Under the pieces are notes generated by a model. The model had not been told where the DNA came from and did no database searches. It worked only from the letters and a program-made list of their open reading frames with translations. Source: a virus. From it: DNA of 64,000 bases. Shown piece after piece: positions 21,477-30,934 of this stretch. The position numbers were made by a program, and so were the translations under genes. Position 1 is the first letter of the stretch. Every line of letters begins with the position of its first letter. The stretch spans positions 109,359 to 173,358 of the IMG/VR virus record IMGVR_UViG_3300025770_000006; one strand, given 5' to 3'.

Positions 21477-24400
21477 CTAGTCCCTCCCATGATTTTATCT
21501 TGTGCTTTTTTGATTTCGTTCACAACTTGACGACCAGTGTCCACAGGGTTCTTTGATCCATCAACAGTGATTGAGATGTTAAAGTTCCCACCTCCACCTC
21601 CACCTCCATATTTAGAGATGGCTTGATCTACATAGTTATTGACAGCCCCACCTGGTTTGGTCATCGCCATTGCACCACCACCTAAAGGGGAGGGGAGATC
21701 TTGAGGGTCAATGCTCCAAAGATTGCCTCGTCCATCAAGCCAAAAGTCCTTCTTTTTTTTAGCTTTAGCTACTATTTTTTTAGCTTTAGTTTCTGCTGGA
21801 GTACCTGCTGTGTTACCTGCTGTAGTACCTGCTGGAGTACCTGCTGTGTTACCTGCTGGAGTACCTGCTGTAGGAGTTCCTGCTGTAGCAGGTGTAGAGT
21901 TAAAGCCTAATAGAGATCTTGCCGCTTGATTGCCAGTTAAAGCCCTACTATTAACCATACGCTGTATCCCCTCTTCTCCTTTTCTCTTTTGATAAGCGTC
22001 ATAGACCTTTCCAGCGGAAGCCTCTTTACCTAAACCAAGCATATCTCGCATCTCTTGTATCTCTTTATCTTCCATTTCTTTTTGGGCCTGAATATACGCA
22101 TTTTTTGCAGTTTCTTCCTCTATCTCTTGTCTTGCTTTAGCGTCTACCTTCGCTTGGTTTTGGAGGTCTGATTTCTTTAATGGAGCGTTTAACTCTGCGA
22201 CTGCCTCTTTCGATAGTTCTGCATTTACATCCTTTTCACTTATGTTTTTTCCAATCTCCTTATCCCATACATCTTCAACTAAAGTTTTATCCTTTCCTTC
22301 CTTATCCTTCCCTATTAGTTTCCTGGTAGATTGACCCATCGCCATACCCTTAGAAGAAAGATCCAATCTCATTTCATTTTGTGCCATAAATTTCAATACT
22401 TCGGGAGACATTTCTTCTCTCTTTGTAGTAGTAATATACTTCATAAGATCACGATGCGTACCCCCTCCTATAATATCTGCGATAGGGGCAAACTGTTTAG
22501 CGATCTTATCCACTGCTTCCCCTAAAGCACCCTCCTCTTTACCTGTCCTCGCTCTTGTTTTTAGTGCTGTGTCGCCACTCAATCTTAGCATTTCCTCTTT
22601 GGTCTGAGTTCCAACTCCTAAATGATACGAGGTGGTCTGCAAGTTCCTTAACTGTTCTCTTGATCTACCCTCTCTTGCCTTTAACTCAACTAGATCTTTT
22701 TCTTTCTGAGCTAGTGCTTTTTGGTCAGCCTCATACTTTTTCTTCTCCTTACCGTCCATTTTCTTTTTAAAAGACAAACTGTGGAGTCTTTCTTTTTCAG
22801 CCTTAATCTTAGCTTCTTCTAACTTTTTCTCCTCAGATAGAGCTTGGACTCGCTCTCCCACGAGTTCTAAGGCATCTTTTCTGTTCTGTTTCTCAGCAGG
22901 ATTAGCCCCCTTACCAGAGAAGAAAGACACCATATTATATATCCCACCCGAAATGTCATTCAAGATCCCTGCTATCGTGTTATTCAAGACATCGAATACA
23001 GAGGTAGTTGCTTTGATTCCTTCAGATAAATACTGCTCTTGGGTTTTAGCCGCTTCTTCTGGTTTGAGTCCTTCAAACTTAGCCTCGTCTTGTGCTTGCA
23101 AGTAATCAGAGAAGTTATCAACAGCCGTCTTAGTTGATAAGGAAATAAGTTTACCGTCTTTTGCTTCCAACCCTTGTTTCGCTAAGAAGGTCTTTTCCTC
23201 TGAAGTAAGTTTTCTATCGTCCTTATTAGCCACCTTAGCGATTTCTTCGGCTTTCCTCATATCACCCTTCATTGTTGTTTGAAGTTGGGCGAACGCTTCT
23301 ATTTGCTCTTTAGTGACATCAAACTTAGTTAACATTTCTTTTGTAACCACGCCTGCATCATTTAAATCCTTGTCTCCAATCCTAGACTCGATCATAGAAA
23401 ACTTAGTCTTTAAGTTTGCCGAGGCCCCCTGCTCTTCTTGAGCACCTTGCACCTCTGCCGATGTCGCTTTATCTTTTGTACCTCTAGCAAGCCTTATGAA
23501 CTTATATAGTTGATCGGTGAACTCTCCAGTTGCATCCTCCCCCCCTACTTCTTTCATCCTCGAAAATAAGTCCTGTCTTCCCTTATTATCAAGATGTGCT
23601 AACTTTTTGATCAGATCTGCTTCATCTTCCGCACCTAGCGTTTTATCCTCCATAAGTTTTTGCATCATGCCCCCTTTCCCAGTCTCACCCCCGAAAGACT
23701 CCTTAAAGGATTTCCCAAACTTAATCGCTTCTACCTTTAATGTCTTTTTGACTTCCTTTGACTTGGCCAGCATATTACGCTTCATTTGTTCAAGGTATCC
23801 CTCACTTCTGAACCCAGAGAACAGAGATTGTAGAGCTTTATCTAGTCCACTCTTACCAAGGACAGAAGCGAATCTAAGGAATAAAGTACCAGCTTCTTTT
23901 GTTCTGTAGTTCATGTTCTCAAGTTGGTCAGTGAGTTCTTGTACCTTCTTGAAAAAGTTCCCTGTAGAGTAGCTTGATTGTAAAGCCATATCTCTAATGT
24001 TGGCAAAGTCTCCTGCCATTTTGCCAATAATAGAACCGTCTTTAGCAGACACCCCTAAGTCATGTGAAAACTTAGCCATGTACCCTTGGGCTTCGTCCAT
24101 CGAGATACCAAGACCAAAAGCCATACCCTTAGCTGACTTCATGGCTTCTTTCATTTTCACCATGCTTGATTCTTCACCCCCAAACTGTTTGATACCCATA
24201 TTCAAACTATTAAAACCAGCCACTAGAGCCATCGTATCTGCAAGGGGTATACCCATAGCGTTGGCAAAGTCTTTATCTCTAAAGGTGTCTCTTACTTTCT
24301 CAAGATTTTTCTGTGTGTCTCCTGTCCCTAATTTAATATCGTCAATCGCCACACCACCCTCTAAGAGAGCTTTATTTGCTTCGAGGACAGTTCCCTCTAC

Positions 24401-25159
24401 GAACTGAAAGAGCTTTACGAGCATCATGATTGAGCCACCTATAACAGCAACCGTACTTACTACCTTAGACAGTCCACCGAGCATATCCGCAAACTCTTTA
24501 CTTCCTTTACCTGCCCCCGCCTTTTCTTCTGCTTCACCTGCTTTCTCAGATAAAAACCCACCTAATGATTTAAGACCTCCTGCAAAAGTGTTACCCCAAC
24601 TCTCAAGATCCTTAGCTCCCGAAGTGAAAGCACTAACTGACGCTTCAAACCTGTTAGAGAACTTTTCTTCTATCATAGCACCAGTTTTACCAAGTTCTTT
24701 GATACGCTCTTCTCGGTTCTCTAGCACTTTAGAGTATTGTAGGAGACTATGCTCTGCCCCCTTACCAAACTCAGCGGCATTCTTCTGCATCAGTTTAGCT
24801 TCTCTAGCCAACTTGTTTATTTCTTGATTGATTTTCCCAACGACCTTGAGCTGTGCGTCCCTCCCTTTTGCATTACCCTCTTGATCTAATTTGAGGAGCT
24901 TTTCCTTTGCCTCTCTAAGATTGTTAGTCGCCTCAACCTGTGCTTCTTGAGCTTGCTTTGCGGCTGTAATGATACGCATTGCAGATTTCTCATCGCCTGC
25001 CCTAAGAGTCTTGTCGATGAGTTTGTCTTGTTCTTTAAGGACAGCTTGTAGGTCTTTAATCGACCCGATTGACCCCTTTAATATGTCAGACTGACCAGAC
25101 TCGTTGATCTCTTTAAGAACAGTTGAAAAAATGTCCGTTAACTCTGTAGTGTTAGCCAT
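21473..25159 (-). CDS. Tail tape measure protein
   Basis: 1228 aa, helical and A/K/E-rich, with a hydrophobic segment and C-terminal GGGGGGNFNISITVDG; follows the chaperones and tube. Confidence 0.8.
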   Translation of the reverse strand: MANTTELTDIFSTVLKEINESGQSDILKGSIGSIKDLQAVLKEQDKLIDKTLRAGDEKSAMRIITAAKQAQEAQVEATNNLREAKEKLLKLDQEGNAKGRDAQLKVVGKINQEINKLAREAKLMQKNAAEFGKGAEHSLLQYSKVLENREERIKELGKTGAMIEEKFSNRFEASVSAFTSGAKDLESWGNTFAGGLKSLGGFLSEKAGEAEEKAGAGKGSKEFADMLGGLSKVVSTVAVIGGSIMMLVKLFQFVEGTVLEANKALLEGGVAIDDIKLGTGDTQKNLEKVRDTFRDKDFANAMGIPLADTMALVAGFNSLNMGIKQFGGEESSMVKMKEAMKSAKGMAFGLGISMDEAQGYMAKFSHDLGVSAKDGSIIGKMAGDFANIRDMALQSSYSTGNFFKKVQELTDQLENMNYRTKEAGTLFLRFASVLGKSGLDKALQSLFSGFRSEGYLEQMKRNMLAKSKEVKKTLKVEAIKFGKSFKESFGGETGKGGMMQKLMEDKTLGAEDEADLIKKLAHLDNKGRQDLFSRMKEVGGEDATGEFTDQLYKFIRLARGTKDKATSAEVQGAQEEQGASANLKTKFSMIESRIGDKDLNDAGVVTKEMLTKFDVTKEQIEAFAQLQTTMKGDMRKAEEIAKVANKDDRKLTSEEKTFLAKQGLEAKDGKLISLSTKTAVDNFSDYLQAQDEAKFEGLKPEEAAKTQEQYLSEGIKATTSVFDVLNNTIAGILNDISGGIYNMVSFFSGKGANPAEKQNRKDALELVGERVQALSEEKKLEEAKIKAEKERLHSLSFKKKMDGKEKKKYEADQKALAQKEKDLVELKAREGRSREQLRNLQTTSYHLGVGTQTKEEMLRLSGDTALKTRARTGKEEGALGEAVDKIAKQFAPIADIIGGGTHRDLMKYITTTKREEMSPEVLKFMAQNEMRLDLSSKGMAMGQSTRKLIGKDKEGKDKTLVEDVWDKEIGKNISEKDVNAELSKEAVAELNAPLKKSDLQNQAKVDAKARQEIEEETAKNAYIQAQKEMEDKEIQEMRDMLGLGKEASAGKVYDAYQKRKGEEGIQRMVNSRALTGNQAARSLLGFNSTPATAGTPTAGTPAGNTAGTPAGTTAGNTAGTPAETKAKKIVAKAKKKKDFWLDGRGNLWSIDPQDLPSPLGGGAMAMTKPGGAVNNYVDQAISKYGGGGGGGNFNISITVDGSKNPVDTGRQVVNEIKKAQDKIMGGTR
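21795..21893 (-). repeat. 12-nt tandem repeats encoding (T/N)-(P/T)-A-G within the tape measure gene
   Basis: TPATAGTPTAGTPAGNTAGTPAGTTAGNTAGTPA. Confidence 0.85.
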
Positions 25160-25163
25160 GATC

Positions 25164-26234
25164 TTACCTCTCTAACTTCGGTAAAGGTCTGTTCGCAATC
25201 TGCTCTTGCAAAGATGGCATCTTGCCACCAGGGACTTGTTGTGACTTAAAGTATCTCTTGGAAAGATGTTCAGAGTATTCTTGACCTTCATCAAAGTTAA
25301 TCGTGCTTCGTTCTCTTCCTTGAGTCATCTGAGCCACCTCTTCATCTGTGTATGCTCTAATAGGTGAACTCATAGATAAACTATTCATCTCGTGAACTTG
25401 CATCGCCATTTCACGAGCTTCTTGTGCTTGACGACTAAGAAATCCTTTTCTTTTTTCCATGTGCTCCATCACTTGGGATTTATATTCTTTCACCGCTTTA
25501 TCGTGATTGTCCTCTTTACCCTCAATCCAATCCCAATACTCGCCCTGTAGCTCCTCTACCGATTTCTCGGCTTTGAGTTTTTCTTTCTTCTCATCATTTA
25601 AATCACCTTTATTCGCCTCCTCGATTAACCTCTCTCGATACTCCGATTCTTTCTTCTTTCGCCCTTCCCAATCCCTCTGTGCTTTTTGAACACCTTTAGG
25701 GTTCATTGAAGAAGCAATGAAGAACGCCCGACCCCATTCGTCTTCTATATCACCCTTCTTATCTTCTGCTTCGTTATAGGCGATCCAACTCTTTTGTAAA
25801 TCGGTGAGGGGAAAGCTCTGTGCTGTAAAAGTCATCCCGAACCGAGATGCTTGTTTCCACTCTTCCCACAAAACACGAGACTGATGTGTATAGCAAAACG
25901 CTTCAAAGGAACTCGCAAAAGAGTGAGACTCCTTCACACAACACCAGTAATATCTTATGACTCTCGTAGTAAAACGAGGGCAAGATAGAAAGTGTTTTAA
26001 GACCTCAAACGAGACATCTTGAGAGACATCAAACCCCCCAATAGACTGCAAAGTCCTAGCCAAGATGAAAGAGCTTTTTTCGACCTCGTACTCAGCATAG
26101 TCATCACTACGATGTACATCTTCGAGCATAGGTAGTCGAAACCGAAGTGTATATCCCTTTTTAACAGAGACTACTAAGCCTTGACCACCAGTCTTAATGT
26201 AGTCGTGTATGGCTTCATGGTACTTCTTTTTCAT
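25164..26234 (-). CDS. Putative tail assembly chaperone-like protein
   Basis: Lies between the first chaperone and the tape measure; start probably at MKKKYHE. Confidence 0.5.
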   Translation of the reverse strand: MKKKYHEAIHDYIKTGGQGLVVSVKKGYTLRFRLPMLEDVHRSDDYAEYEVEKSSFILARTLQSIGGFDVSQDVSFEVLKHFLSCPRFTTRVIRYYWCCVKESHSFASSFEAFCYTHQSRVLWEEWKQASRFGMTFTAQSFPLTDLQKSWIAYNEAEDKKGDIEDEWGRAFFIASSMNPKGVQKAQRDWEGRKKKESEYRERLIEEANKGDLNDEKKEKLKAEKSVEELQGEYWDWIEGKEDNHDKAVKEYKSQVMEHMEKRKGFLSRQAQEAREMAMQVHEMNSLSMSSPIRAYTDEEVAQMTQGRERSTINFDEGQEYSEHLSKRYFKSQQVPGGKMPSLQEQIANRPLPKLER

Positions 26235-26754
26235 CGTTCTCAAGATTTTCTAACTTTTGAGAAACTTCAAGGTTTTCAATACGAGCTTTCAACTGCTCTT
26301 TTTCTACCTCTGTGTCCTCAATGTTTATCTTTAAACTCTCGTCTAGTCCTTGCTCTAGCTCCTCTGATAGAAGCCCATACTGCTCGAATAACTTAGATAG
26401 TACATACTTAGACCAACTGTCCATTACTTGAACAACTGCTTCTTCTTTAGAAACCTTAACTGCTTTACCATTTGGTAATGTGTCGCCTGTCTCGATTTCT
26501 TTTAAACCACGCAAATCGAGATCACCTACTTGAATGATAGACCGAGCAAGTGTCTCTCTACGAAAGGTGTCCGCAAACTCAACAGCAGATGAACCCTCAA
26601 GTTCGGGCAACATTTTCTGTACCTCAAGCTCCTCTTTTGGAGTGAGGTGCTTGATGAAGACCTTAATACCTTTAAGGTCTACTTCTCTTTCTCTTTGACA
26701 GAGTTGAGTAAGAGGAGACATCAACTCAAAGAGTTGTGATAAATTGATTGTCAT
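26215..26754 (-). CDS. Putative tail assembly chaperone
   Basis: Directly after the tail tube gene; acidic and helical. Confidence 0.55.
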   Translation of the reverse strand: MTINLSQLFELMSPLTQLCQREREVDLKGIKVFIKHLTPKEELEVQKMLPELEGSSAVEFADTFRRETLARSIIQVGDLDLRGLKEIETGDTLPNGKAVKVSKEEAVVQVMDSWSKYVLSKLFEQYGLLSEELEQGLDESLKINIEDTEVEKEQLKARIENLEVSQKLENLENDEKEVP

Positions 26755-26824
26755 TTTATTTTCATCCTGTCCGTTTATTTGTAGAGGGTACGGCTACCCT
26801 CATAGTACCATGTTAGGCTAAAGA

Positions 26825-27685
26825 TTATGCAGGTGCTTCAGGTGCTGGAGCTACACCTGAAGCAGACGCACCTGCTGAACGACCCGTAGCAGTAGCCGCT
26901 CTCTCATTGTACAGGAGTGAACTGTTCTGACCAAGTGTTGGATCATTACCAGTAGCCATGAACTCACCATAGGTAGAGTATAGGTCATGCACATCTGTGA
27001 TCTGAGCTTCGATATTCTGCTGAATGATGCCACCATCGGCTGACATCTCACCATGATCCATCGAAGTGATCCAACAACCCTCACAATAAGTGATGAGTGC
27101 TTTGTGTATTTGTGAACCCACTGTACCAGCTTCACCCTCGGCATTAGGTACAGCACCATCTCCTAATGCATTATTTGAATTCAATCCTCCTGTCGCATTT
27201 TGCGATGAGAAATCGACATCAACAAGGCCATTGGGGCCAGTAGCAGGTGCTTCGGTGTCAGCAAGAGTTGAGAACACAAGCTGTTGCTCAATGTCGAAAG
27301 GCCATCTGTGATGTTGTAAAGTACGAACGGGTCCATCAACACCACCTGCAAAACCAAATGCTTGGTGAGCATTTGAGAGATAAAGAAGGGTACGAACAAA
27401 TGAAGCACTGTGAGGGTCTGAAACACCAGGTACGAGTTCAGCAATCTGATCCCCGAAACCTACACCACGATATGGTTCTGCACCTCTTGAAGATCCAGAG
27501 ATTGAGAATGAAGCAACCACACCGATCTGATATAGAAGTCCATCTGTACTTCCATAAGCAGGTGTGAGAATACGACACTTTTGAGAAACAACGGCACGAG
27601 TGTTTGGGGATGAATTGAACTTATACAGGGCAGAAGTACCTGCGATACCTGCTTGTGGGTTCATATCTTTATTATTTGCTGGCAT
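26825..27685 (-). CDS. Tail tube protein
   Basis: RGVGFGDQIAELVPG...PFDIEQ...YCEGCWITS pattern typical of myophage tube proteins; strong AGGAGG RBS; precedes chaperones and tape measure. Confidence 0.7.
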   Translation of the reverse strand: MPANNKDMNPQAGIAGTSALYKFNSSPNTRAVVSQKCRILTPAYGSTDGLLYQIGVVASFSISGSSRGAEPYRGVGFGDQIAELVPGVSDPHSASFVRTLLYLSNAHQAFGFAGGVDGPVRTLQHHRWPFDIEQQLVFSTLADTEAPATGPNGLVDVDFSSQNATGGLNSNNALGDGAVPNAEGEAGTVGSQIHKALITYCEGCWITSMDHGEMSADGGIIQQNIEAQITDVHDLYSTYGEFMATGNDPTLGQNSSLLYNERAATATGRSAGASASGVAPAPEAPA

Positions 27686-27747
27686 AATGTCCTCCTAGAT
27701 TGACATGAGAGCTAAGGGAAAGTTTTGTTATTCATTTATATTTGAAC

Positions 27748-27763
27748 TATAAACGAACTATTA
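27748..27763 (-). promoter_or_regulatory. Putative late-promoter motif (TAATAGTTCGTTTATA) upstream of the tail operon
   Basis: Matches the recurring TAGTTTNTTTATA consensus, oriented toward the tube gene. Confidence 0.55.
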
Positions 27764-27785
27764 AAGACTATGTGAGGTTGTGTAT

Positions 27786-28535
27786 ATGTCATTTACATCA
27801 AATGAGAAATCTTATGGTGGGTATTCGTCTTTCTCTCCCATGCGTCACGCTGAACGAGAAGGCGATAAAAAAGAGAGAAACAAGAATGTACCCGCTTATG
27901 TTCATGATAAGGTAGAAGAGATCATGGAGAAGCAAAAAGATAAAGATGAGGGTAAGGCATGGGCTGTGGCGTGGTCGATTTATTGTAAATATAAGAAACC
28001 AGGATCGGATCACTGTAAAAAAGAGAAGGACGATTATTTCCCTAGTCGGAATAAAAAAGCCACATGGACAAAACAAGAGCAACGAGAGATCAGAAGAAGA
28101 ACACTTAGGATCATGGGTAAATTAGATCAGCTCGTGAGTAAAGGTCTCCAACACATCACTAAGATCATTAAAGTGAACACGAATACAGAGCGTGAAGAAC
28201 AACTTGTATGGCATATGTTAACCTACGGTAAGTTCCCTACCTATATGTTCAAAATATCTACCGAAGCTCGTATCTTAGGTAAGATTTCTGGCCTAATGCA
28301 CCACGATAAGAAGGTGTCTGACATCACTTACCAAGAAGAGAAGGTGGCTTACAAAACACTCTATAAGATTTGTAAATACTGCCACATTTATTGGTCTAGT
28401 AAAGTGTGGTCAAAAGTATGGATTGCATCGGGCGACATTCCGATTCGTACTATTCGTGTTGAGTTTTTAACGCTTCATAATGTTGAGTTCAATGTAGAAT
28501 ATACAAGATTGCTTAGGTACTTATTTGATAGCTGA
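27786..28535 (+). CDS. Hypothetical protein with an N-terminal ChaB-like AWAVAW motif
   Basis: EGKAWAVAWSIYCKYK, followed by a KKA junction and an unrelated domain. Confidence 0.5.
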   Translation: MSFTSNEKSYGGYSSFSPMRHAEREGDKKERNKNVPAYVHDKVEEIMEKQKDKDEGKAWAVAWSIYCKYKKPGSDHCKKEKDDYFPSRNKKATWTKQEQREIRRRTLRIMGKLDQLVSKGLQHITKIIKVNTNTEREEQLVWHMLTYGKFPTYMFKISTEARILGKISGLMHHDKKVSDITYQEEKVAYKTLYKICKYCHIYWSSKVWSKVWIASGDIPIRTIRVEFLTLHNVEFNVEYTRLLRYLFDS

Positions 28536-28582
28536 AATCATATAAAGTACATTCCACACCCATAAAGGAGGGGTGTACTCAT

Positions 28583-30184
28583 ATGGACAATAAGAAACTA
28601 CTCGCTACGATTGAAAAGCTCAGAGAGATAAGAGTCAAAGAAGATCTTACCCCACCTGCTTGTAAGATGCTTAATACACATATGCCTAATGGTGGGGAGA
28701 TAAAGCTAAGACAGTATCAGATACAAGGTGTGCTTCACCTTTTGGCAATGCCTAGATTCGTTCTAGGTGATGATACAGGACTTGGGAAAACCCTACAAGT
28801 AATCGCAACACTCGCTTATTTATGGGAAAAACGACCCGATATACCAGCAATCATCTGCACGACTAAGAGTGCTGTTGGTCAATGGGAATCCGAGTTCGAT
28901 AAGTTCACTACAGGAGTAACGATCTTCAAATGCTTGGGGACTAAAAAGAAAAGAGCGAAAATCCATGCCGAGTTTAAAGAATTTGTGGGACCAAAAGCTA
29001 TGGTCATGGGATATAGAACAGCAGTAAATGACTTTCAATACCTTCAAAGCATGACGGGTCATGTAATGGTCTTCGATGAAGCGACTGCTTTTAAAAATGA
29101 TCGTGCTCAAGTTCACCAAGTCTGTCTACACCTTGCAGGTTCAGCAGAGCGTGTATGGTCTTTATCTGCAACCATCATTAAGAATAGACTCATGGAAGCA
29201 TGGGCTATTTATAAGGTGACTGTCCCCCATATCTTTGGGAATAAAACTAACTTTATGCGTGAGTATTGTATCACTAGAGATCAAACAATACCTGGTTCTC
29301 GTAGGCGTATTAAGATTGTGGTTGGACACCGTAAGCGTGATATAGAAGCCTTTCGTGAACACATTGATCCTTACTTTTTAGGTAGACCAAAACATGAAGT
29401 CGCTAAAGAGTTACCCCCACTGACAACTAAAGTCATCCACTGTGATTTGAGTAAACCTCAAAAGAATAAGTATGCCGAAGCCCTACAAGGTCTACTTGAA
29501 TACACAGACCCCGAAACTGGCGAGGTGATGGAGCGAGAAGTCACGAAACTCACAGCAGTTACAGTTTGTCAGCAAATTGTAAACCACCCTGCACTTATCG
29601 ACTGCGATGGGGAATCAGGTAAACTAGAGACTCTACTTGATGTTTTAGATAATGAACTTAACGGTGAAAAAGTGATTATCTTCTCTCGATTTAGGGGCAT
29701 GATAGATATTCTTGAGGCAGAACTAGAAGCAAAGAAGATTAAAACCGTTCGTATCACTGGTACAGAGAATGGTAATCAGCGTATGGCTAGTCAAAAGGCA
29801 TTTCAAGATGAGAAAGATGAGACTAAAGTTTGTCTCATTACAATGGCGGCGGCTGAAGGTATTAATCTCCAACTCGCTAAAGCGGTTGTCTTTTATGACA
29901 CCCCTTGGAGTGCTGGTGATTACTTGCAGATCATTGGTCGTATGATTCGTATTGGATCAATTCACGAGAAGGTATTCAGTTATCATATCTGTGCTCCTAA
30001 GACCATTGATGAGCGTGTAATGAAAACCCTAAAGGCTAAGATGGGTTTGATTGAAGCTGTCTTAGGAAAGCGTCTTAAAGAGGATGGGGAAGAAGACTCA
30101 ATTCTTGAAGTCGGTCAATCCGAGATTGCTGATCTCTTTGATGGTCTACTTGACGATGCGAGGGACATTATAAAAGTTAAGTAA
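28583..30184 (+). CDS. SNF2-family (SF2) helicase
   Basis: GDDTGLGKT, DEAT, LSAT, EGINLQ and QIIGRMIRIG motifs. Confidence 0.92.
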   Translation: MDNKKLLATIEKLREIRVKEDLTPPACKMLNTHMPNGGEIKLRQYQIQGVLHLLAMPRFVLGDDTGLGKTLQVIATLAYLWEKRPDIPAIICTTKSAVGQWESEFDKFTTGVTIFKCLGTKKKRAKIHAEFKEFVGPKAMVMGYRTAVNDFQYLQSMTGHVMVFDEATAFKNDRAQVHQVCLHLAGSAERVWSLSATIIKNRLMEAWAIYKVTVPHIFGNKTNFMREYCITRDQTIPGSRRRIKIVVGHRKRDIEAFREHIDPYFLGRPKHEVAKELPPLTTKVIHCDLSKPQKNKYAEALQGLLEYTDPETGEVMEREVTKLTAVTVCQQIVNHPALIDCDGESGKLETLLDVLDNELNGEKVIIFSRFRGMIDILEAELEAKKIKTVRITGTENGNQRMASQKAFQDEKDETKVCLITMAAAEGINLQLAKAVVFYDTPWSAGDYLQIIGRMIRIGSIHEKVFSYHICAPKTIDERVMKTLKAKMGLIEAVLGKRLKEDGEEDSILEVGQSEIADLFDGLLDDARDIIKVK

Positions 30185-30235
30185 TCTGTTCTTTATTGAT
30201 CTCTTATTCATATAAGGTGTAGCAAAGGAGTCATT

Positions 30236-30934
30236 ATGGATAAATGTAAAAAATGTGGTGGTGTAGGCTACACACAAAAAGATAATGGACACATGGGTAT
30301 GCCTCAAGCTATCCAATGCGATTGTGTTATTGATAAAGCCCTAGATGAACAAGCAGAGAGGGCATGGACACATTTAAGCGTAGCTCCCATTCGCAAGCGT
30401 TCTATGCTTAACGGTAAGGTTTCTAAGAACCTTGTCATCACAGCCACTACAGATCAGTTGAGATTACATCTTAGATCTGCGTTAGGAAATCTTAGGAATC
30501 CTAATGTGTTTGTCAAAGTCATTGGGGATCACACGCTCATGTCTTCTTGGCTAGGGTCTATGATGATTCAAGGGAAAGACATAGCAGACCCAGACTTTCA
30601 GAGAGACTTAAAAGTTTACTCTTTGGATGACCTTGCTGAAGCACCGTATCTCATGGTGATAAGGCTTGGTACAAAAGTAGCACGAAATGCGGCTATGTCT
30701 GAGGTCGTTGTTGAAACGATTGAGATTCGAGAACATTTGAAGAAACCTACTTGGCTTATCATTGATCCCGACAAACCACTTGAGGAAGGGCATATTGCAT
30801 GGAGTCAATTATTAGAGGACACGATTCACCCTTGGGATCGTATAAACCTTAATGAAAATACTTCCTCAAGTCGTACCCGAACTTCAAAGAAAAGCGTATC
30901 TAATATGGGGCAACATAAGCGAGTGAAACTATGA
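30236..30934 (+). CDS. Probable helicase loader (DnaC/IstB-like, degenerate) with an N-terminal Zn finger
   Basis: CKKCGG...CDC at the N-terminus; coupled to the DnaB-like gene; no recognisable Walker A. Confidence 0.5.
   Translation: MDKCKKCGGVGYTQKDNGHMGMPQAIQCDCVIDKALDEQAERAWTHLSVAPIRKRSMLNGKVSKNLVITATTDQLRLHLRSALGNLRNPNVFVKVIGDHTLMSSWLGSMMIQGKDIADPDFQRDLKVYSLDDLAEAPYLMVIRLGTKVARNAAMSEVVVETIEIREHLKKPTWLIIDPDKPLEEGHIAWSQLLEDTIHPWDRINLNENTSSSRTRTSKKSVSNMGQHKRVKL

Noticed and set aside
13114-25689. Numerous plus-strand ORFs of 60-140 aa within the tail operon
   Set aside because: They are antisense shadows of long minus-strand genes, with no RBS or protein-like features.
26215-26243. Programmed -1 frameshift between the tail chaperone genes
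   Set aside because: The downstream ORF is in the +1 frame, has its own ATG, and I found no canonical X XXY YYZ slippery site in the overlap.
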